Source: Octopus vulgaris (taxonomy: Eukaryota). From it: a stretch of 64,000 nt of DNA. Within the stretch, counting starts at the first letter, position 1. Each line of letters begins with the position of its first letter. The position numbers and the translations under genes are program-made. Under the pieces are notes generated by a model that saw nothing but the letters and a program-made list of their open reading frames with translations, did not search any database and was not told where the DNA came from. This document shows, piece after piece, positions 56,891 to 64,000 of this stretch. The DNA is taken from the NCBI GenBank assembly GCA_951406725.2, contig OX597828.1, forward strand, positions 63,302,001-63,366,000. The letters are read 5' to 3'.

Positions 56891-57373
56891 CAGCAGCAGC
56901 AACAGCAGCAGCAGCAACAACAACAACAACAACAGCAACATCTATCTCGTAGAGACATCTCTCGAGTAAGAATTTATGATCGTGAATCTGAAGGAGGAGG
57001 AGGATGAGGAAGAGGAAGAGAAGGAAAAGAAGAAAAAAATGAGATGATGATGAAGAAGATGAAGTGGAAGAAGAACAGGAGAGATGATGATGCAGAAGAA
57101 AGAGGAAGACGACGACGACGACGACGTTGATGATGATTAAAAAAATGAAGGCGAGAGATGCAATTCCCAGCCATTTCTTACTCTCCCGCCATTGTCGTCC
57201 GCGATTATTCTGACTGCCATGTTTTTATTCATTTATTTATTTGGTTATTTGTCTCGCCAATATAATAACTGCAAGCTGTTTTTATTCAGCTTCTGTCTTC
57301 TCTGTCCATCATCGTTCCCTGTTACTTGTTTTCGAATAGAGAAAGCAGACACCGTTGCAAATGCGCGCTCACG

Positions 57374-57485
<112 letters not shown>

Positions 57486-57789
57486 CTTTTCTTTAATTAT
57501 TTGATATCAACTCCCACAATCAGTAAACGACTAAACCACTTCCGCTACAGTGCACCTCTTCCATGACTTGTTATTATAAAACCACATGTGTTAAATTATT
57601 TTAATGTGGTGCTCTTTGCCGTGTCTGTTGCCGTGGCACAGACGGTAGAGCACACAGTGAGTTGTTTCTTGTAAACTGAGATCGACTTTTGCGGTAATAT
57701 ATTCGATATTTTGTGAAAACTACAGGTGGTAACATAGGTAATTCTGTGAGATGAAAAATCTACGATCAGTTAAGATTATTCATGTAATG

Positions 57790-58660
57790 TATGGACAGAA
57801 CTCCCTCTAAGGGGTTTAAAAAGAAACAGCTCTCCATCAAACAAGGGAAATAATTCAGTTGATTGAAGGTTTTGGAATAATATGATTTGAAACCATAATT
57901 TACAAACCATATCTCTCTTACCAAATGTGATTCGTAGAATTACCATTTGTCATTTGGTTCCTTCTCCACCAAAAGTAATATGGTGCTCTTACCACTTCTG
58001 AAATAACAGCGATTCTACTCAGAGGAAAATGAAAGCGGATATTTCGACATTTGCAAAGAATGCTTTGATGATATTTGGCCAAAAATTAGGCAAAGGAAAC
58101 AGGATTATGATCCACTGAATTTAGTTCCTTGGATCCCAAGAAAAGCGAAATATTGAACATTACATTCATGGATGTGAAGAACAAAACATTTCCCAGAAGG
58201 AATTTTAATTGCTCATATATTGTGGACATCACATAAATTCCTGCGTTCATTTTCCTTTTATTTTAATCATTTCAAAAGTTATTGAATTAACACAAAAAAA
58301 AATATTTTTATCAAAGTATTTTATGTTTGTCTTTTGTAGCTCTGTTCCTCTAATACAACTTTTGCTTATCATTTTTGAAATTTGAATAAATTGTAACTCT
58401 TTTCAGACTTAAGATGAGGCTGCAGGTGTACCAACTACAAAGCAGAAAAACAACGAATTAATCTGACAACCCAGTAATATATTCGGGAAATATTCGGAAT
58501 AACGCATAGACTGAATGACTCTAAGAATACACACAGGCGATAGATGTTACCATATATGGATGAAGAATTGCTCCAATGGTTTCAGAAGAAACATCGAGAA
58601 ATAAAAGCAGAAGGATATAAGGGTTGGATGGAGCAAATAATAAATGTATTATTTGCTCCA
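57790..58660 (+). mobile_element. Possible pogo/Tigger transposase relic
   Basis: KKKQLSIKQ (psq-like) and MDEELLQWFQKK...YKGWMEQ (CENP-B HTH-like) fragments. Confidence 0.35.
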
Positions 58661-59039
58661 GAAGGGCCGTTTAAGGATCTATGTAGTCTTTTCAGCGTCC
58701 TTCATCAGGGCCACTTGGGTCAACCCACCCTACACGCCGCAGTCAGAATTTTTGTTGTGTCCGGGAAAAGCAAGATTACAGAATCCATTGTGTACTTACA
58801 TTGGAAAATGGCGGCAGGGGGTGCAAATTGAGGGAGATTTGGCTGTTATTTCCAGTGCGTGGAGAAGACAGATACAGTCGTGCTCACACATATGCGTGTA
58901 TATATGCGACTTTATACATACATACGCGTGCGCGTACACACACATGCATGCTTACGTATATTTGAATGTTTACAAATATGTGTGCGTCTATATACCTGTA
59001 AAACGTCTTTTCAAAGACTTCGTTGCTCATACATTCATT

Positions 59040-60412
59040 CTTACATGCATACATACATACACACATACATACATACATACACACATACATGCATACATAC
59101 ACACATACATACATACATACACACATACATACATACACACACACATACATACATACATGAATGCATACATACATACATACATACATACACACATACATAC
59201 ATACATACACACATACATGCATACATACATACATACATACATACACACACACATACATACATACATGAATGCATACATACATACATACATACACACATAC
59301 ATACATACATGAATGCATACATACATACATACATACATACATACATACACACATACATACATACACACACACATACATACATACATGAATGCATACATAC
59401 ATACATACATACATACATACACACATACATACATACATACACACATACATGCATACATACACACATACATACATACACACACACATACATACATACATGA
59501 ATGCATACATACATACATACATACATACATACATACACACATACATACATACACACACACATACATACATACATGAATGCATACATACATACATACATAC
59601 ACACATACATACATACATACACACATACATACATACACACATACATACATACATGAATGCATACATACATACATACATACATACATACACACATACATAC
59701 ATACACACACACATACATACATACATGAATGCATACATACATACATACATACACACATACATACATACATACACACATACATACATACACACACACATAC
59801 ATACATACATGAATGCATACATACATACATACATACATACATACACACATACATACATACATACACACATACATGCATACATACATACATACATACATAC
59901 ACACACACATACATACATACATGAATGCATACATACATACATACACACATACATACATACATACATACATACATACATACACACATACATGAATGCATAC
60001 ATACATACATACACACATACATACATACATACATACATGAATGCATACATACATACATACACACATACATATATACATACATACATGCATACATACATAC
60101 ATACATACATACACACAATACATACATACATACATACATACAGACAGACATACATACATACATACATACATACACACAATACATACATGCATACATACAC
60201 ACATACATGCATACATACACACATACATACATACACACACACATACATACATACATGAATGCATACATACATACATACATACATACATACACACATACAT
60301 ACATACACACACACATACATACATACATAAATACATAATACATATATACACACACACATACATACATACATACATACATACACACAATACATACATGCAT
60401 ACATACATACAG

Positions 60413-60443
<31 letters not shown>

Positions 60444-60510
60444 CATACATGCATACATACATACAGACAGACATACACGCGCACATACATACTTGCACGC
60501 ATGCATACAC
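59040..60510. repeat. Higher-order (CATA)n satellite punctuated by catgaatgcatac
   Basis: ~1.45-kb tract with recurring variant units; source of the 490-560 aa artefact ORFs. Confidence 0.95.
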
Positions 60511-61179
60511 ATTCAATATTTTTTAATTGGAAATCTGGTTTCCAATATGCATATATATGCATATATATCTGTCTGTCTGTCTGTCTGTCTATCTGTCTGT
60601 CAAATATATACAGGATACGTGTGTGTGTGTGTGAGTGTGTAAATATATAAGTACACCCACATACATATAATATACACAAGCTATATATATACACACACAT
60701 ATCTACACGTATGTGCGTGCATGTCTACCCCCCACTCATTGATACACCCCTCCCACCCCGTATTATATTCACCAGAGTGTAAAATTGCGTACCTTTACTT
60801 TTCCTAAGTTTCCCATAAAACTATAACTGTTCTCATGTTGTTCTGGGTTTTTGTGTCCTGAGGAGGTGGGGGTTGGGTGTTGGGTGATGGTACAAAGACT
60901 CGTGGGTCGGGGGGAGATGAGGGAAGGGCGACGTTCAAAACATTTCCTCAATGGAAAAAAAAATCGATAAAGAAATTTACTTCAGAAATAATGAACAACA
61001 AAAATATGTCCTCGACATCCATCACCACTCTCATCATCATCATTTTCATTATGATGACCATTATCTTTATCAACGGCAGTACCACCACCATCACCACCAC
61101 TACTACTAACAGTAGCAGCACCACCACCGCTGCCGCCGCCCTCGCCCACCACCAGAACTGTGATGAACCAAATCTCACC

Positions 61180-61258
<79 letters not shown>

Positions 61259-61711
61259 TGTATGTATGTATGTATGTATGTATGTATGTATGCATGTATC
61301 TGTGTGTGTGTGTATGTATGGGAGTGTGTGTGCACGCTACTGTTCTTAGCATTAAGGCCACATTAAGTGAAGTGATGTAGAACGACCAAATAATTTTTAT
61401 CTGTTGGTCTCTTGAGGAGAAAGACTATAAAATATGAGGTGGAGTTGGGGATGGGGGCAGGGATACATATTCAGACATTTATATCTGCATACACACACAC
61501 GTTTATGTATGTAGCTCTCTCTCTCTCTACACACACACACATATATACACGAACATATACATATATAAATATATACACACATATATATATATACATATAG
61601 AAATATATACACATATATATATAAACGAAAGTTTACATATATATGTATATATATATTATTTTTCCTTACTAATACGCACACACACATTTGTGTGCGTGTG
61701 TACAAACATCC

Positions 61712-61748
<37 letters not shown>

Positions 61749-61801
61749 TATAAATACGTAAGTATATATTTACAATGAATATACAAATATATATATATAT
61801 G

Positions 61802-61952
<151 letters not shown>

Positions 61953-62137
61953 GTATATAAATATGTATATATATCTATGCGCGTGTGGGTATGTATAAAT
62001 CTATGCAGGGATGTGCCTATAAACTGTGATATCCTCTCGAGTGATGGTTCACAGTTGAATCACTTTATTATACCACAGCAGCCCAGTCGATTGGAAATGG
62101 ATAGAGAGAAAAGAAAGTGTGCGTGTATGAGAAAGCA

Positions 62138-62192
<55 letters not shown>

Positions 62193-63094
62193 GAAATAGA
62201 GAGAGTTGTGAGAGTGAGGACAGTGTGTATGGGGAGGAGTGATAGTGAGAGAATTAAAGGGTAGTACATGTATATATATTTACAGATACATACACACACA
62301 CACACATGCACAAACACTTATATACTTATACATGTGTTTGTGTATGCACATATGCAAATACATGCAAATGCAAGCACATGGATGTCATGTTTGATTTTGA
62401 CGCACACACACACACATATACACATACACACTGTTTCATATTGCTATATAATTAGGTATAATCATTCTTTGAAATATGTATTTGACTGATAACACACATT
62501 GTGATACAATAAAGTCGAAGTCAATCACGCACCATGCACACACACACACACACACACATACACACACATATATACTCATACACACATACCCACATCATTG
62601 GACTGTACAATGGCGATAGCCTAGCAGTCTTCACACAAACAAATGGCCGTACATGAGCTACGTGTGTGAGAAAATTATATTCCAGCCACCACCAAGAAAT
62701 GCATAGTTAACTTCCAAGTTAATATTAGGCGAAGAAACAGCAAGCAAATGGAAAGAAGAATCTCTGCTCACAGACAATGATTCCAAATCCTGCTAAGATA
62801 TGAAAAACATAACAAGTAGCAGAACAAAGAGGAAATCTAATATATCTTCAGGTGAGGCAACTTTTGAATTGCGCCACCAATTATCAAAATATTGCACTAA
62901 TATAGCGCGTCCAAAGAATTTAGAAGAATCAGTTCATTATTCAAGAACGAGAAGCAATGGAAGGATTAATGAAATAAGATGATTCCACCCACCGTTCAAC
63001 AGACATTTAAGATTCAACATAACCAGAGAGTTCTTTGCCTTAAAAAACTCAATTCAAAGTATCACAATTGTTCAACAAACGTGTTTATAAATAC

Positions 63095-63189
<95 letters not shown>

Positions 63190-63359
63190 TGCGTGTGCGT
63201 GCGTGCGTGTGTGCGTGCGTGCGTGCGTGCGTGTGTGCGTGTGTGAATTTGGTGCGTGCGAGGTATGTGTATGCATATATATAATGTATATAAACGAATC
63301 TTGCAAACCAAATCCAACAACAAAATATATGTATATATATGTATATACTCTTTACTCTC

Positions 63360-63414
<55 letters not shown>

Positions 63415-63500
63415 CACATACACACACACACATATATATGTATGTATATATATATATATGGATACACACACACATATGTATATATGTACAAATACACACA

Positions 63501-63640
63501 CTAGCTGAGTAGCCTGTCGTTGCCGAGTAATTTTCCCAACAGAATGCCTTTATTTCAATTTTCTATTGAATATTTCTCCTGATCAGGACGGATTTCAGCA
63601 TTATTTGGGGGAATTTACAATGTCTCGATAATCATAAAAT
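63501..63640 (-). mobile_element. Helitron-like 3' terminus
   Basis: Reverse complement ...ctcggcaacgacaggctactcagCTAG|t, a degenerate subterminal hairpin plus CTAG end; inner extent unknown. Confidence 0.5.
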
Positions 63641-64000
63641 GTTTTTCCCTTTGGTTGGTTGATATAAAGACTTTCTCTTGCTTCCTACGCTCGAACATCC
63701 AACGTAAAGATGACCATGGGTGAAGCCGGACTCTACGAGATGTGAATCGACAACCGTAAATGTTTACCCTTGCCATTTCTTAATGCTCACGGCAAAACTA
63801 AGACTCACTGGAAATTGAAGACGTTCGAATTGAAATGGAACATCGTCTCCTGCGACGGAGGCTCTTGTGCACTTATCATCTAGTCGAAGCATCCGATGTT
63901 CGAGTGTCTCCTGAGCTCGCTGCTAATGCTTTGTGAGGGTCTTTCGAAAACAGCCGCAGTGAAGAAGTTCCTCATCCACAAGCATACACACACACTGACA

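Noticed and set aside
58884-60700. ORFs of 490-557 aa (and many YIYI/VCMY/THTH/LSIY ORFs elsewhere)
   Set aside because: Translations of stop-free microsatellites; no coding complexity

Overview
Eukaryotic, AT-rich, extremely microsatellite-rich non-coding DNA. The repeat families look like those of an octopus (coleoid cephalopod) genome; this is inferred from recognition, not from a database search. No intact host gene is visible, and almost all ORFs in the track are microsatellite artefacts. The window is a transposon mosaic: Nin-domain and other tRNA-derived SINEs, Tx1-like LINE 3' ends sitting in (TATC)n, RLE-type LINE relics (R4/Dong-like, HERO-like), a Crack/L2-type RT relic, a Helitron PIF1 helicase relic, mariner and maT relics, MITEs, a tRNA-Gly relic, and a young 5'-truncated Penelope-like element (GIY-YIG) with a perfect 182-bp inverted repeat. 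The most notable signal is a set of type I hammerhead ribozymes in short islands inside microsatellites (4 well formed, several degenerate). Each has a different palindromic stem III, and the four well-formed ones have unusually long helix II inserts. In the Penelope copy, the inverted repeat starts 5 nt from the predicted cleavage site. There are also signs of microsatellite-specific targeting by several non-LTR lineages, and a SINE that shares its 3' tail with the Tx1-like LINE.
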